This document shows, piece after piece, positions 38,661-49,610 of a DNA stretch of 64,000 bases (its first letter is position 1; the number at the start of each line of letters is the position of its first letter). The notes beneath the pieces are model-generated. The model saw nothing but the letters and a program-made list of their open reading frames with translations, was not told where the DNA came from and ran no database searches. The DNA is taken from IMG/VR virus record IMGVR_UViG_3300045988_150439. The stretch is one strand, 5' to 3'. Source of the DNA: a virus. Its lineage: Duplodnaviria; Heunggongvirae; Uroviricota; Caudoviricetes. Made by a program: the position numbers and the translations under genes.

Positions 38661-39715
38661 TATTTGCGAGTCTTTGCCTTGCGCAACTCTTCGAGAAGCG
38701 CCAGTTCTTCTTTACTCAACATGACCATTTTGCCTTCTTTTTCGTCAGGCACAACGTCGATAATGTCATCTTGATTCTCATCTGGGAGGCTATATTCCGT
38801 CTCATCATTATCGATTTTTGTTGATATTTGTGCCTGGCGTAACTTTGGCCGCCTATAGTGGATGACGAAGTAGACCGAGTTTCCGCGCTTAACTTCCGTG
38901 TAATCGAGATATCCTATCTCTCGCAGCTGTTCCATAGCCTTTCTTACCGTCGCATTCTGAGTAATAGTGCGACTTGTCAGATTAAGTCTGGCGCGTAAAC
39001 GGGCTAGTGATATTGGTGCCGGATCAGGCGGCAAACTTTCAATAAAAGTATAAAGCGCCTGAGCGGATTCTTTTCTTGAGAGTTCGTTTATAGCCCGGAG
39101 TTGCAGAAGAACCTTTTTGTCGAACTGGTAGAGTTCGAAAATCTTGGGATCTGCTTTCAGTTCGACCGTATCGTGCTTGACACTATATTTTGCCGTTTGC
39201 ACAAGATGCGTTACGTAAAACTCATCAGAGCCTTTGCTACGGAACGAGATGGTATTTGTGGCAATACGGCTTAGCGAACTGTCCAGGCGTTTGCGTAACT
39301 TCGCTGATGACCTGGCGGTCGGAATGCCACACAGCCTTACAAACTCAACGAACGGCAGCGTGACAGTATCGCCAACGACCTTGTGTTTGGCAAACGCGTG
39401 GATTATTCCCACCCACGTTTTAAAGTCGTTATCCATATCAAGCCGAAGGCCAGAGATCCTTATGTCTTCGTACCCTTCGGCTTTTGCCAGAGACAGCTGT
39501 TTGAGTTCAGCAGAGGCATCCATAGAGACCATTTGCCCCTTTCTTCCTCTGGATGTCGATTTCAGCGTCGGAACGAAGAGGCCCAGACGCATCAAAGCAA
39601 CAGGCTGAACAGTGTTATTAGTGTTAGGAACCAACGTAACAACTTCGCCTGTCTTTTTATCTGTTTCTGAAAATGCTTCAACGATCGCTATGTTTTTATT
39701 GCCGTTTTCGCTCAT
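38660..39715 (-). CDS. repA: iteron-binding plasmid replication initiator (RepA-like)
   Basis: 351 aa minus-strand gene flanked on both sides by iteron arrays; start faces the origin-like region. Confidence 0.6.
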   Translation of the reverse strand: MSENGNKNIAIVEAFSETDKKTGEVVTLVPNTNNTVQPVALMRLGLFVPTLKSTSRGRKGQMVSMDASAELKQLSLAKAEGYEDIRISGLRLDMDNDFKTWVGIIHAFAKHKVVGDTVTLPFVEFVRLCGIPTARSSAKLRKRLDSSLSRIATNTISFRSKGSDEFYVTHLVQTAKYSVKHDTVELKADPKIFELYQFDKKVLLQLRAINELSRKESAQALYTFIESLPPDPAPISLARLRARLNLTSRTITQNATVRKAMEQLREIGYLDYTEVKRGNSVYFVIHYRRPKLRQAQISTKIDNDETEYSLPDENQDDIIDVVPDEKEGKMVMLSKEELALLEELRKAKTRK

Positions 39716-39759
39716 TCCAAATGTCTCTTGTTATTCGACGGCTTTGGTGGCCTTTGCTG

Positions 39760-40380
39760 ATTACAGTGGATAGTAGCACTCATCACAGCGGTTATCCTAC
39801 CGTCTATAGTGGTTTTTCTCCTCTCTATAGTGGTTGCTTTGCTCCCTATAGTGGATTATTCGCTCTCTATAGTGGATATCGATCATGTCTGAAGGCAGAT
39901 GGCACAACGGTTTGAGGTGGGCGGGGATCTTATTGGGTCTTTATGGGTCTCTTTGGTTCTCTTTGTGATCTGAATTACTGGATCGGGCCTGTGGATAAAA
40001 ATCAGAGGATTTCAAGAACAGGTAACTCTACTCTTCTGTGGATATTTAAGGACATAAGAATCATGACTAAGAGTAGAGTTTAAAATATATCTATGTATAT
40101 CAGTATGTTAATGAAGAATTAAGTCATTAAGTTATCCATAAAAGACAATGTGCTCTACTCTCTACAGTGGATATATACAGCTCTCCAGAGTGGTTGTTTT
40201 ACTCTTCATAGCGGTTATTCAGCTCTCTACAGAGGTTTCTTTGCTCTCCATAGTGGATGGCAACACCCTTTCAGACCAGTAACCGCAACGGCTAGAGGCG
40301 ATCGGGGATCTCTTTGGATCTTCTATTTGATCTTACTTGGGATCTCTTATTTGGATCTATCCAGTGGATAACTGGGATAA
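39760..40380. promoter_or_regulatory. plasmid-type replication origin
   Basis: Four 21-bp iterons CTCTCTATAGTGG (39801-39884) and five more (40157-40262); perfect DnaA box tgtggataa near 39990 plus two 1-mismatch boxes; AT-rich stretch 40060-40140; GATC clusters at 39915-39985 and 40300-40357. Confidence 0.7.
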
Positions 40381-40458
40381 GTAAAACAGGCAAATGCAGA
40401 TTAAGGTATGCCTAATGAGTTATCGTAGCATCGGCCAATAACTACTGAAAAAACGATT

Positions 40459-41103
40459 ATGGATCTAAAACGCACGCGCTGGGTTCGTCGTCTTGAGGAC
40501 GGCTCCTACACTATCGAATCAAATTCCAACCTGAATAAGCAGAAGTTACTTTGTGATATCTGCGGTATAGCGGCGAAGTGCCCGATCTACGAAACCAGAA
40601 TTAAACTTGATAAGGCTGGTGTGAACTTTCATTTGAATAGTTGTATCAGGTACGTTCCATTGCTCGCATTTCGTAAACCGATCATCGGATTGGATGCGCC
40701 CTACTTCAACACACTCCGTTCAGGAGTAACGTGGCGAGATCGTTTATCACCAGACAAGCTGATTTGCCTCGTATCCGCAGACACAGGGAAAATCATCCGT
40801 TTTGGGAAAGTAGACAAGGTTTACTCAGGCCCAGTTGACGAGATGTTGCGGAAACACAGCCGGTTTAATCACCTCTGCATGGGTGGTGAGAAAATCGAGA
40901 AGGTTGAAGAAGTGATCCGCAAATCCTACGGACACTTCCTGACCAAAGATAGCCTGCTCACTGCAATCTACATCAGACATGTAAAACGTGAGTTCGACCT
41001 TGAATACCATAGCGAAGAAGAACTGAACCTTGTCGATCCACGTCCTAAAGCTGGCGTCATAAGCATAAATGCAGCGCGTAAAAAGCCCACTGACGCGCTG
41101 TAA
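40459..41103 (+). CDS. hypothetical protein
   Basis: 214 aa ORF next to origin; Cys pairs near N-terminus. Confidence 0.45.
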   Translation: MDLKRTRWVRRLEDGSYTIESNSNLNKQKLLCDICGIAAKCPIYETRIKLDKAGVNFHLNSCIRYVPLLAFRKPIIGLDAPYFNTLRSGVTWRDRLSPDKLICLVSADTGKIIRFGKVDKVYSGPVDEMLRKHSRFNHLCMGGEKIEKVEEVIRKSYGHFLTKDSLLTAIYIRHVKREFDLEYHSEEELNLVDPRPKAGVISINAARKKPTDAL

Positions 41104-41357
41104 CCCTCCAGATCGTATATTGGCGTAGATAGAATCTACGCCCCCTCAAAATAGCTCTCATAGCGTTCTACAGTGATCCTGTCTTATTTTTAGTCATACA
41201 GACAAGCAAAGTTGCGCCACGATAAATAGGTATATACTTACTTATAAATTTTGTATATTAAGGCGCTCGTTTCATTCCTAACATACCGTTATGCATAGTT
41301 GTTTACCTTCTCATTGCTCTTAAAATTTGTATCAAAATAACCACAAAGGAAAAACAC

Positions 41358-42443
41358 ATGACTTTGCCATACGGCGTCATTTCTGACTGCCACTACCACA
41401 AATGGGATGCGTTCTCCACGACGAACGCTGAGGGGCTTAACTCCAGACTTGAAATACAGTTGGAAGCAACGAAAGAAGCAGCCATCGCCATGAAGAAGGC
41501 CGGTTGTAAGTACATGTTGGTTGCCGGTGATACATTTCACGTCCGAGGAACTGTGTCCCCTTCTGTTTTGCATTACGTAACTGAAACGTACAAGTGGATT
41601 ATCAACGAGCTTGATCTGACAGTAGTAATGCTGGCCGGTAATCACGATCTTGAAACCAACGATTCAGTATATAGCGCCAACGCAGCAGCATCGCTGAGTT
41701 CTATCGGCGTGGTAATCGTATGTGGCAAGCGCCCACACTCAATAAAAATTGGTGATGTGACTGTCCACCTGATTAGCTGGCGTAACAATCATGCGGAGCT
41801 TATCAGCGATCTGAAAGCATTACGTAAGAGCGTAGAAGGTGATAATCATGACGTTGTTATCCATACATCCATTAACAAAGCCATTCCAACAATGCCTGAC
41901 GTCGGTATCGATGCGCAGGAGTTAAAGGATATCGGCTTTCGTCTCGTGCTTAGTGGGCATTACCACAACCACAAAGAGGTCATTCCTGGAGTTATCAGTG
42001 TCGGTGCACTGACTCATCAAAATTGGGGAGATGTTGGATCTCTGGCTGGCTACATGATCGTAAACCCGGACGGCAGTTTCAGTCACTACGAAACCAGTGC
42101 GCCTAAATTCATTAACCTGGAAGATGATGTTGCTGATGACCAAATTCGCGGCAACTACGTGCGTTTCCGCGCCGTAATTGAGAACGATGAAGAAGGCATT
42201 AAGTACCAGAACATCCTCAAAACAATGGGTGCAAAAGGTGTCGTGTGCAACTTCATCCGTAAGTCATCAATGATGGAAGGGACAGCCAGCACAACAGAAA
42301 CCAGCAAAATCGATAGCCTGGGAGAGTCGGTATCTGCTTATTGCAAGATTGTCCACGATACTGACGGCGGATTTGATCTGAGCAAGTTGGATATTTTGTG
42401 TCAGGAAATCCTCACCGAAGCGGAGAGTTCGGAGGCTGTGTGA
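41358..42443 (+). CDS. sbcD: SbcD/Mre11-like nuclease
   Basis: Calcineurin-like phosphoesterase motifs DCHYH, GDTFH, GNHDLE, GHYHN. Confidence 0.75.
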   Translation: MTLPYGVISDCHYHKWDAFSTTNAEGLNSRLEIQLEATKEAAIAMKKAGCKYMLVAGDTFHVRGTVSPSVLHYVTETYKWIINELDLTVVMLAGNHDLETNDSVYSANAAASLSSIGVVIVCGKRPHSIKIGDVTVHLISWRNNHAELISDLKALRKSVEGDNHDVVIHTSINKAIPTMPDVGIDAQELKDIGFRLVLSGHYHNHKEVIPGVISVGALTHQNWGDVGSLAGYMIVNPDGSFSHYETSAPKFINLEDDVADDQIRGNYVRFRAVIENDEEGIKYQNILKTMGAKGVVCNFIRKSSMMEGTASTTETSKIDSLGESVSAYCKIVHDTDGGFDLSKLDILCQEILTEAESSEAV

Positions 42444-42672
42444 AGCAAAGTCGTTATGGGAGCTTTCGAGACTTTGCCATCACGATGAAAAGACTTGAAC
42501 GAGGCCAGACGGTGATGTTTCACAAGCCCTACCCGCCACAAGGAAATCCCGTAGCGTTTTATCTTGGAAGGTTAACAAGAAAAGGCGTATTGAGGCGCAG
42601 ATCCTTCCCGGCGCATACGGAGTTCAGATTGAAAGAAGGTCAAAAGCTAACACACGGTATCAAAGGTGTTAT

Positions 42673-44589
42673 ATGAAGTTTTTAAAGCTCCAGGTTGAGA
42701 ATTTTATGGCTATCGCCAGCGCGGAGGTCGAGTTAGATCAGCGTGGTTTAGTGCTCATTCAGGGTGTGAATAGTGATGATAGTTCCGCATCAAGTAATGG
42801 CTCTGGAAAGTCAACTCTAATGAATAGCCTGATGTGGTGTCTTTATGGCGAAACAGCTCATGGTGTGAAGGGGGACGATGTGTTGTCTACCGACCATGAA
42901 AAGAACTGTCGTGTTGCAGTAACCATCGAGGATGAAGGCAAGAGATACGCAATCATTCGTCACCGTAAACACAAAGAGTTCAAAAATCGTCTTATCGTTC
43001 GTGGTGAAGATGGCGATATGACGAAAGGCAAAGATGCGCTGACGCAGGAGTTCGTCGAGCGTCTGATCGGTGCATCTAAAGAGGTTTTCATGGCTTCCAT
43101 CTATGCGAGCCAAGAAGCTATGCCAGATCTACCTGGAATGTCCGACAAAAACCTCAAAACCATCGTAGAAGAAGCCGCTGGCGTTGACAGACTGACACGT
43201 GCCTACGCTATTGCTCGTGAACGAGCTAACGCAGCTGCCGCACGCATGGACGTGGTTAAAACCAAATTGGAGTCGACAATCTCGACCATTGAGGCAACAC
43301 AGTCAGAAATTGAGTCCGCGAAAGCTTCCTCTGAATCATGGGAACAAGAGCGTTCTAAACGTTATGACGATGCCCTGGCTGGGCTGGCAAGTGCCGAAGT
43401 TGAGTTAACGGAAGTTGAACTTGAGATCCGCACTCTTCCCGAACAGATCCGTGATACCGAGAAGGCAATCGAAAGTGAGCGCAAAAAGTTAGCCTCAAAA
43501 GAAGAACATGATGCCAAATTGCTCAAAGTGCGTGGTGCGATAACTGATATTCGGGCAAGCATCAAAGCTACAGAAAATAGTCAGGCTGATGCAATGAGCC
43601 GCGCGCGCAATTTTAAGACCAAAGCAGAAGAGGTTGGTACTAAAGTAGGATCACCATGCCCTACTTGTGGCAAAGCCTACTGCGAAGAAGATCTATCAAC
43701 GGTGAAGGAGAATTTCATTGAACAAGCACGTCAGGAAATTGGTCAGGCGAAGACACTTGCAGAGGCAATGGCTAAACACAAAACGAATCTTGAGAAGGCG
43801 TTAAGCATTGAGTCTGCCCTTGTTAAAACGACACCTGATGTAACGGCTATCATTGCCCGGATTGAAGAGCTTACTAAACAACTTTCATCTTTGCGTCATC
43901 GTGAGAAGGAGGTTGTTGCTATTGAGTCTCTTGTGACTCGTGCTCGTACTGAGGTCGATCGTATATCAAAAGAGATTAATCCGTTTACTGCTCTTATCGC
44001 CAGACACGAAGATAACCTGGTATCCAGTAAGTCTACCTTCAAGTCCTTAAAAGATGAGTTGAAGGCTATTCAGGAACAAACGTTGCTATTGGAAAAAGCT
44101 CGTCAGGTCTACTCTCCTGCCGGGGTGCGTTCTCATATTTTGACGTCTGTTACGCCTTTCCTGAATACACGCACAGCCGAATATCTCAATACGTTGTCTG
44201 ACGGGAACATTACTGCTGAGTGGTCGACGATGGATGTCACTAAAAAAGGTGAGTATCGCGACAAATTCAACATTAGTGTGCAGAAGAAAGGTTCAAGTAA
44301 GTCGTTCCAAACCCTCTCTGGTGGTGAGAAGCGGAAGGTTCGCATTGCGTGTTCTTTGGCATTGCAGGATCTGGTTAGTAACCGGGCGAGTAAAAACATC
44401 GATTTGTTTATCGGCGACGAAATTGACGATGCACTCGATACAGCCGGTCTTGAACGCCTCATGGGTATTCTGGAGTCCAAAGCTCGCGAGCGAGGTACTG
44501 TGCTGATTATCTCCCATAAAGAGATGAAGTCATGGTTCAGGGAAACTATTACGCTGGAAGTTAAAGAGGGGCGCAGCTATGTCGTTTAA
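42673..44589 (+). CDS. sbcC: SbcC/Rad50-like ATPase
   Basis: Walker A NGSGKSTLMNS, long coiled coil with CPTCGK hook, signature LSGGEKRKV, Walker B LFIGDEIDDALD. Confidence 0.8.
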   Translation: MKFLKLQVENFMAIASAEVELDQRGLVLIQGVNSDDSSASSNGSGKSTLMNSLMWCLYGETAHGVKGDDVLSTDHEKNCRVAVTIEDEGKRYAIIRHRKHKEFKNRLIVRGEDGDMTKGKDALTQEFVERLIGASKEVFMASIYASQEAMPDLPGMSDKNLKTIVEEAAGVDRLTRAYAIARERANAAAARMDVVKTKLESTISTIEATQSEIESAKASSESWEQERSKRYDDALAGLASAEVELTEVELEIRTLPEQIRDTEKAIESERKKLASKEEHDAKLLKVRGAITDIRASIKATENSQADAMSRARNFKTKAEEVGTKVGSPCPTCGKAYCEEDLSTVKENFIEQARQEIGQAKTLAEAMAKHKTNLEKALSIESALVKTTPDVTAIIARIEELTKQLSSLRHREKEVVAIESLVTRARTEVDRISKEINPFTALIARHEDNLVSSKSTFKSLKDELKAIQEQTLLLEKARQVYSPAGVRSHILTSVTPFLNTRTAEYLNTLSDGNITAEWSTMDVTKKGEYRDKFNISVQKKGSSKSFQTLSGGEKRKVRIACSLALQDLVSNRASKNIDLFIGDEIDDALDTAGLERLMGILESKARERGTVLIISHKEMKSWFRETITLEVKEGRSYVV

Positions 44590-45322
44590 ATTAAGCCGCT
44601 CGCAGTTTTTGCAGGTATTTGCAGTGATGCAGTCGATAAAACTGATCAATGGGCATACTTCCAATGGTGCGGCTCCACGTATTCTGTGGGGCAGCAACAA
44701 TATTGACGGAGTACAATTCGCCGCGTTGCTTGGTCTAATATCCGAGACGCCATTGATGCAAAGTTTGAAATCACTACCACCTGGATGTATTGCGCCGATC
44801 CTGATTAATCCTTTTGTTGAGGGGGGATATCTTCCCAACGTCGGGCCTGGGTTTATTGCATCCCATGAAACTGAAGATCTTAACATTAATAGCGAAGGGT
44901 TCTTTGGGGGAATGGGTGCGCATCACTGTATGGCTTTCACGAACCTTATTCGACTTGCCAATAAGCGGGTTGATAGTTTGGCATCGCCAGGTGATGCTTT
45001 TACTGGTTTCCTTATCCAAAGGAGGGATAAAAAGTACAGTGCGGACAAACTACAGTTTGTTGGTAAGTATGGGGAAATGGTGGAAATCGAACTTCAGCTC
45101 CCTCATGTTTTAGCAAACGATAGTGCAGACAGTCGGAGGCTGTTGGGCATCATGCGTCATTTCATAGCAAGTGGCGTTAAACATGCCGTAGATAAACGTG
45201 TCACGCAGGAAAATGAGTATTCAGACTTTGCAAACTATCCCCAACCAACGTTGCAAACGGCAGTAGTAACCAATTCGTTGGAGGCGAGATTATTGGAAAA
45301 CCCTATATGGGGAACATGGTAA
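44579..45322 (+). CDS. hypothetical protein
   Basis: 247 aa ORF overlapping sbcC stop. Confidence 0.45.
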   Translation: MSFKLSRSQFLQVFAVMQSIKLINGHTSNGAAPRILWGSNNIDGVQFAALLGLISETPLMQSLKSLPPGCIAPILINPFVEGGYLPNVGPGFIASHETEDLNINSEGFFGGMGAHHCMAFTNLIRLANKRVDSLASPGDAFTGFLIQRRDKKYSADKLQFVGKYGEMVEIELQLPHVLANDSADSRRLLGIMRHFIASGVKHAVDKRVTQENEYSDFANYPQPTLQTAVVTNSLEARLLENPIWGTW

Positions 45323-45331
45323 GGAGACTAT

Positions 45332-45901
45332 ATGAGTAAAAAAATCAGCGTAGTTGGTGTTGATCCCTCAATGAGCAACTTTGGGCTTGCTGTGGGCACT
45401 TTAGACCTTGAAACGGACGAACTTGAGATTCACGGCCTTACTCTTGTTGAGACTAAAGCGGGGAGTAACAAAAAGACCGTTCGTGTGAACAGTGACGATC
45501 TGCGCCGTGCCAGTGAAATATGGCGTGTTGCGAAGCCAATCATTGATAAGGCAAATATGGTTTTTTGTGAGCTACCGGTTGGGAGCCAAAACTCTCGTTC
45601 GCAGACGTCTTACGGTATTTGCATCGGTGTACTTGCGTGCGTAGATAAGCCATTGATCCAGGTTACTCCAAACGAAATTAAACATTTTATCGGCAATAAA
45701 CTTACAACATCGAAAGAAGAGATTATCCAGTGGGCTACGAAAAAACACCCTAAAGCACCGTGGCTGCGTCGTAAGCAATCTGGACAGGATGTTCTCGTGA
45801 ACAAAAACGAACATTTGGCTGATGCGGTGGCTGCCATCCATACCGGTATGCAAACAGATCAGTTTCGCCAGGTGCGCGATGTTCTCAAGTCTCTCATTTG
45901 A
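45332..45901 (+). CDS. RuvC-like Holliday junction resolvase candidate
   Basis: 189 aa; N-terminal VVGVDPS, central CELPVGSQN, C-terminal ADAVAAIHTG loosely matching RuvC catalytic blocks. Confidence 0.45.
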   Translation: MSKKISVVGVDPSMSNFGLAVGTLDLETDELEIHGLTLVETKAGSNKKTVRVNSDDLRRASEIWRVAKPIIDKANMVFCELPVGSQNSRSQTSYGICIGVLACVDKPLIQVTPNEIKHFIGNKLTTSKEEIIQWATKKHPKAPWLRRKQSGQDVLVNKNEHLADAVAAIHTGMQTDQFRQVRDVLKSLI

Positions 45902-45935
45902 TCTCATTGATAGGTAAGTGCTTATCTATTAATAT

Positions 45936-45966
45936 GGGCCACTAAATATAGTGGCCCTCTTTATTT
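45936..45966 (+). terminator. rho-independent terminator
   Basis: gggccacta-aata-tagtggccc followed by tctttatttgg. Confidence 0.6.
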
Positions 45967-45974
45967 GGTGATAC

Positions 45975-48290
45975 ATGATAAGCATCGTAAAACGTAACGG
46001 CCAAACAGAGCCGTTATCCGAAGATAAATACAACCGCGTCGTAATGTATGGCGTAGAAGACATTCGTGGCGTAAGCGCATCCGCTGTAGCAATGGGAGCT
46101 GCGGCCAGCATTTTTGATGGGATTACCACCAGCCAGTTGCATGAGGCTTTGGTTAAATCTGCCGCTGATTTGATCTCACCAGAAGCACCAAATTACTCAC
46201 AGGTGGCTGCCCGCCTGAACATTTTTAAAATCCGCAAAGATGCCTTCGGTCGTTACGACTATCCGAACTTCTACCAACACATTGTCAAGAACGTTAACAA
46301 GGGCGTTTATGACAAGGATTTGCTGACACATTATTCATTTGAAGAGATCGAAGAACTCGGCAATTACATTAAGCCTAAACGTGACGATCTTTTTGGCTAT
46401 GCAGCTACGGTGCAATTGCAAAGCAAATACCTCGTTCAAAACCGCGTTACTGGTGAGATTCATGAGGGGCCGCAACATATCTATATGCTGGTAGGCATGT
46501 GTCTGTTCCAGAATTGGGAAGACGACTGCGCTGGCAAAACACGTATGGAGATGGTCAAAGGTTTCTATGACGTTACAAGTACGTTCAAACTGTCTCTGCC
46601 CACACCAATCATGGCCGGCGTCCGTACTCCAACCCGTCAGTTCTCCAGTTGTGTGCTGATTGAGTCTGGCGATAGTCTGAAAGGGATTAGTGCAGCTTCA
46701 GCCGCAATTATCGACTACGTTTCACGTCGTGCTGGAATTGGTATTGGTTTTGGCCGTATCCGTGCGCTGGGCAGCGAGATCCGCAATGGTGAAGCCACCC
46801 ATACCGGAGTTATTCCATTCCTGAAGCATTTCCAGACGGCTGTTAAATCTTGTTCGCAAGGTGGTGTTCGTGGTGGCGCAGCAACAGCGTTTTACCCGAT
46901 CTGGCATCTTGAAGTTGAAAGTCTGCTGGTGGTGAAAAATAACCGTGGTATTGATGAAAACCGCGTTCGCCATCTTGATTACGGCGTCATGAGTAACCGT
47001 CTAATGTACCGTCGACTCGTCAGAAGCGAGAACATCACTCTGTTCAGCCCGCATGATGTGCCTGATATGTACGAAGCCTTCTTCACAGACCAGGATCTGT
47101 TTGAAAAGCTGTACCATAAATACGAAGCCGATGATTCAATTCGCAAGAAGTCAGTACCTGCCATTGAGCTGTTCTCATCTCTGATGCAGGAACGAGCGTC
47201 CACGGGCCGAATTTATATTGCGAACGTCGATCATATTAACGAGCATGGCGCTTTCATTCCTGCTCTTGCACCTGTTCGCCAGTCAAACCTGTGCATGGAG
47301 ATCACTCTACCCACTCGTCCACTGGCATTTACCGACGACCCGAACGGTGAGATCGCGCTTTGCACTTTATCCGCTTTTAACCTCGGAGCCATCCGTTCAC
47401 TGGAGTCTCTTAAAGAGGTGGCGTTCTATGCCGTTGCTGCACTGGATTCGTTACTGGATTATCAAGACTATCCGATGGAGGCAGCCGAAGTGCCAGCCAA
47501 AGCTCGCCGTAGCCTGGGAATCGGTGTAACCAACTTTGCTTATTACCTGGCAAAGAATGGCGTTCGTTATTCTGATACCGCTGGCAATAAACTGGTGCAT
47601 GAAACGTTCGAAGCTATCCAGTATTACCTTCTTGATGCCAGCTGCCGACTTGCTGAAGCAAAAGGTGAGTGTGACTGGTTTGAGCAGACCAAGTACGCAA
47701 TTGGTCAGTTGCCGATCGACCATTATCGTTCTTCATTAGACGAAAGTGGCGAAACCAACTTTGAGTTAAAGATGCCGTGGGAAGAACTGCGTGAACGTAT
47801 TGCAAAATACGGTCTTCGCAACTCCACACTGACGGCACAAATGCCATGCGAGACTTCCAGCCAGATCACTAATTCCACCAACGGCATCGAACCGCCTCGT
47901 GGCCCTGTGTCGGTGAAATCTTCTAAGGACGGCATCGTTAAGATGGTCGTGCCTGAGTTTGAAAAACTGAAGGAACAGTATGAATACCTGTGGGATATGC
48001 CGGACAACCGCGGCTATCTGACAAAGGTGGCGATCATCCAGAAGTTCTTTGACCAGGCTATTTCAGCCAATACCAACTATGACCCTTCTCGCTTTGAAGG
48101 CGATAAAGTCCCAATGATGACGCTACTGTCAGATTTGCTTCTCGCCTACAAGATGGGAGTTAAAACGCTTTACTACCACAACACCAGAGATGGTGCAGGA
48201 AAGCGTGATGACGACGAAGCGCAGAATCCACTTACGCAAGCTGTAGCCGTCGAGCCAGAAGATGAGTGCGACGGAGCCTGCAAAATCTGA
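45975..48290 (+). CDS. nrdA: ribonucleoside-diphosphate reductase alpha subunit (class I)
   Basis: 771 aa; active-site NLCMEITLP, radical-transfer STLTAQMPCETSS, C-terminal cysteines CDGACKI. Confidence 0.9.
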   Translation: MISIVKRNGQTEPLSEDKYNRVVMYGVEDIRGVSASAVAMGAAASIFDGITTSQLHEALVKSAADLISPEAPNYSQVAARLNIFKIRKDAFGRYDYPNFYQHIVKNVNKGVYDKDLLTHYSFEEIEELGNYIKPKRDDLFGYAATVQLQSKYLVQNRVTGEIHEGPQHIYMLVGMCLFQNWEDDCAGKTRMEMVKGFYDVTSTFKLSLPTPIMAGVRTPTRQFSSCVLIESGDSLKGISAASAAIIDYVSRRAGIGIGFGRIRALGSEIRNGEATHTGVIPFLKHFQTAVKSCSQGGVRGGAATAFYPIWHLEVESLLVVKNNRGIDENRVRHLDYGVMSNRLMYRRLVRSENITLFSPHDVPDMYEAFFTDQDLFEKLYHKYEADDSIRKKSVPAIELFSSLMQERASTGRIYIANVDHINEHGAFIPALAPVRQSNLCMEITLPTRPLAFTDDPNGEIALCTLSAFNLGAIRSLESLKEVAFYAVAALDSLLDYQDYPMEAAEVPAKARRSLGIGVTNFAYYLAKNGVRYSDTAGNKLVHETFEAIQYYLLDASCRLAEAKGECDWFEQTKYAIGQLPIDHYRSSLDESGETNFELKMPWEELRERIAKYGLRNSTLTAQMPCETSSQITNSTNGIEPPRGPVSVKSSKDGIVKMVVPEFEKLKEQYEYLWDMPDNRGYLTKVAIIQKFFDQAISANTNYDPSRFEGDKVPMMTLLSDLLLAYKMGVKTLYYHNTRDGAGKRDDDEAQNPLTQAVAVEPEDECDGACKI

Positions 48291-48390
48291 CATATGGTGG
48301 GGTATATCCCCACCTTATCTTTGATTTGTAAGCCTTGTTTAAACACATAAGATAACAACTTGTTTAAACACATCAAAAAAGGAAAAACAC

Positions 48391-49533
48391 ATGTCATATT
48401 CAACGTTCCGTTTGGGTGCTAATGATGCAACCAAAGAGCCTATGTTCCTCGGACAATCTGTCAACGTGGCACGTTACGATCAGCAAAAATACCGTGATTT
48501 TGAAAAGTTGATTGAACGTCAATTGTCTTTCTTCTGGCGGCCGGAAGAAGTTGATATTTCGAGCGATCGTATCGACTTCAACACGAAGCTGCGAGACCAC
48601 GAACGTCACATTTTTCTGAGCAATCTCCGTTATCAAACGTTACTCGATTCAGTTCAGGGACGTAGCCCAAATGCAACGCTGCTGCCGCTTATCTCTATTC
48701 CTGAACTGGAAACGTGGGTTGAAACATGGTCTTTCTCTGAGACTATCCATAGCCGCAGCTACACCCACATTATTCGTGGCATGGTGGACGATCCGAGTAT
48801 TGTTTTTGACGGTATTGTTACGGATGAAGAAATCATCAACCGAGCGATCAGTATCTCTGCTGAATATGACAGGCTTTATGGGATGACCTGCGAGCGCCAG
48901 TCGTTAGGTGAGAAAGAGTTTGAACGTCTGTACGTAAATGAATATGGCTGGGAGCCATACCCTTTGCACCGTCAGCTTTTCCGCACGTTGGTGTCCATTA
49001 ATGCGCTTGAGGCGATCCGTTTCTATGTAAGTTTTGCATGTACGTTTGCCTTTGGCGAACGGAAGTTGCTTGAGGGTAACACCAAAATTATGCGCTTTAT
49101 TGCCCGTGATGAAGCTCTGCATTGCGAAGGAACTGAACGCATGATCCGCTTCATGCGTACCGGTCGCGAAGGTTTATTGTGGAAAGAGATTGCTGCTGAT
49201 GAAGAAAACGTCATTTACGACACCATGAAATCAGTAGCCGAACAAGAAATGAACTGGGCAGACTATCTCTTCAAAGACGGTTCGATGATTGGTTTAAACG
49301 CGGATATTCTGAAGACCTATGTAAAATACCGCACCAATCTGGCTATGAATCGTCTTGGCCTGAAGGCTTTATTTCCAGAAGTTACCACAGATCCGCTGGT
49401 CTGGATGAACAAGTGGTTGTTAACCGACACACTGCAAATTGCACCACAAGAGGCAGAGCAAAGCACATATCTGGTAGGTCAGATCGATTCTACCGTGGAC
49501 AAGGCTTCTCTAAGCCAGTTTGCAGACCTGTAA
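48391..49533 (+). CDS. nrdB: ribonucleoside-diphosphate reductase beta subunit
   Basis: 380 aa; iron-ligand region SYTHIIR and [11 protein letters not shown]...RDEALH. Confidence 0.9.
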   Translation: MSYSTFRLGANDATKEPMFLGQSVNVARYDQQKYRDFEKLIERQLSFFWRPEEVDISSDRIDFNTKLRDHERHIFLSNLRYQTLLDSVQGRSPNATLLPLISIPELETWVETWSFSETIHSRSYTHIIRGMVDDPSIVFDGIVTDEEIINRAISISAEYDRLYGMTCERQSLGEKEFERLYVNEYGWEPYPLHRQLFRTLVSINALEAIRFYVSFACTFAFGERKLLEGNTKIMRFIARDEALHCEGTERMIRFMRTGREGLLWKEIAADEENVIYDTMKSVAEQEMNWADYLFKDGSMIGLNADILKTYVKYRTNLAMNRLGLKALFPEVTTDPLVWMNKWLLTDTLQIAPQEAEQSTYLVGQIDSTVDKASLSQFADL

Positions 49534-49610
49534 ACCGATACAAAGCATTATGTGGCCTGGCAACGCTGGGCCACAATGGATCACAAGAATTAAGAAGGAA
49601 CAAAACTAGC

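Noticed and set aside
38170-40380. Possible CRISPR array suggested by the short direct repeats around repA
   Set aside because: Repeats are 11-21 bp iterons in both orientations with irregular spacing and no uniform spacers; they flank a Rep-like gene with DnaA boxes, so this is a plasmid origin.
42485-42676. Small ORF (about 63 aa from internal ATG) between sbcD and sbcC
   Set aside because: No ribosome-binding site or recognisable features; possibly real but unsupported.
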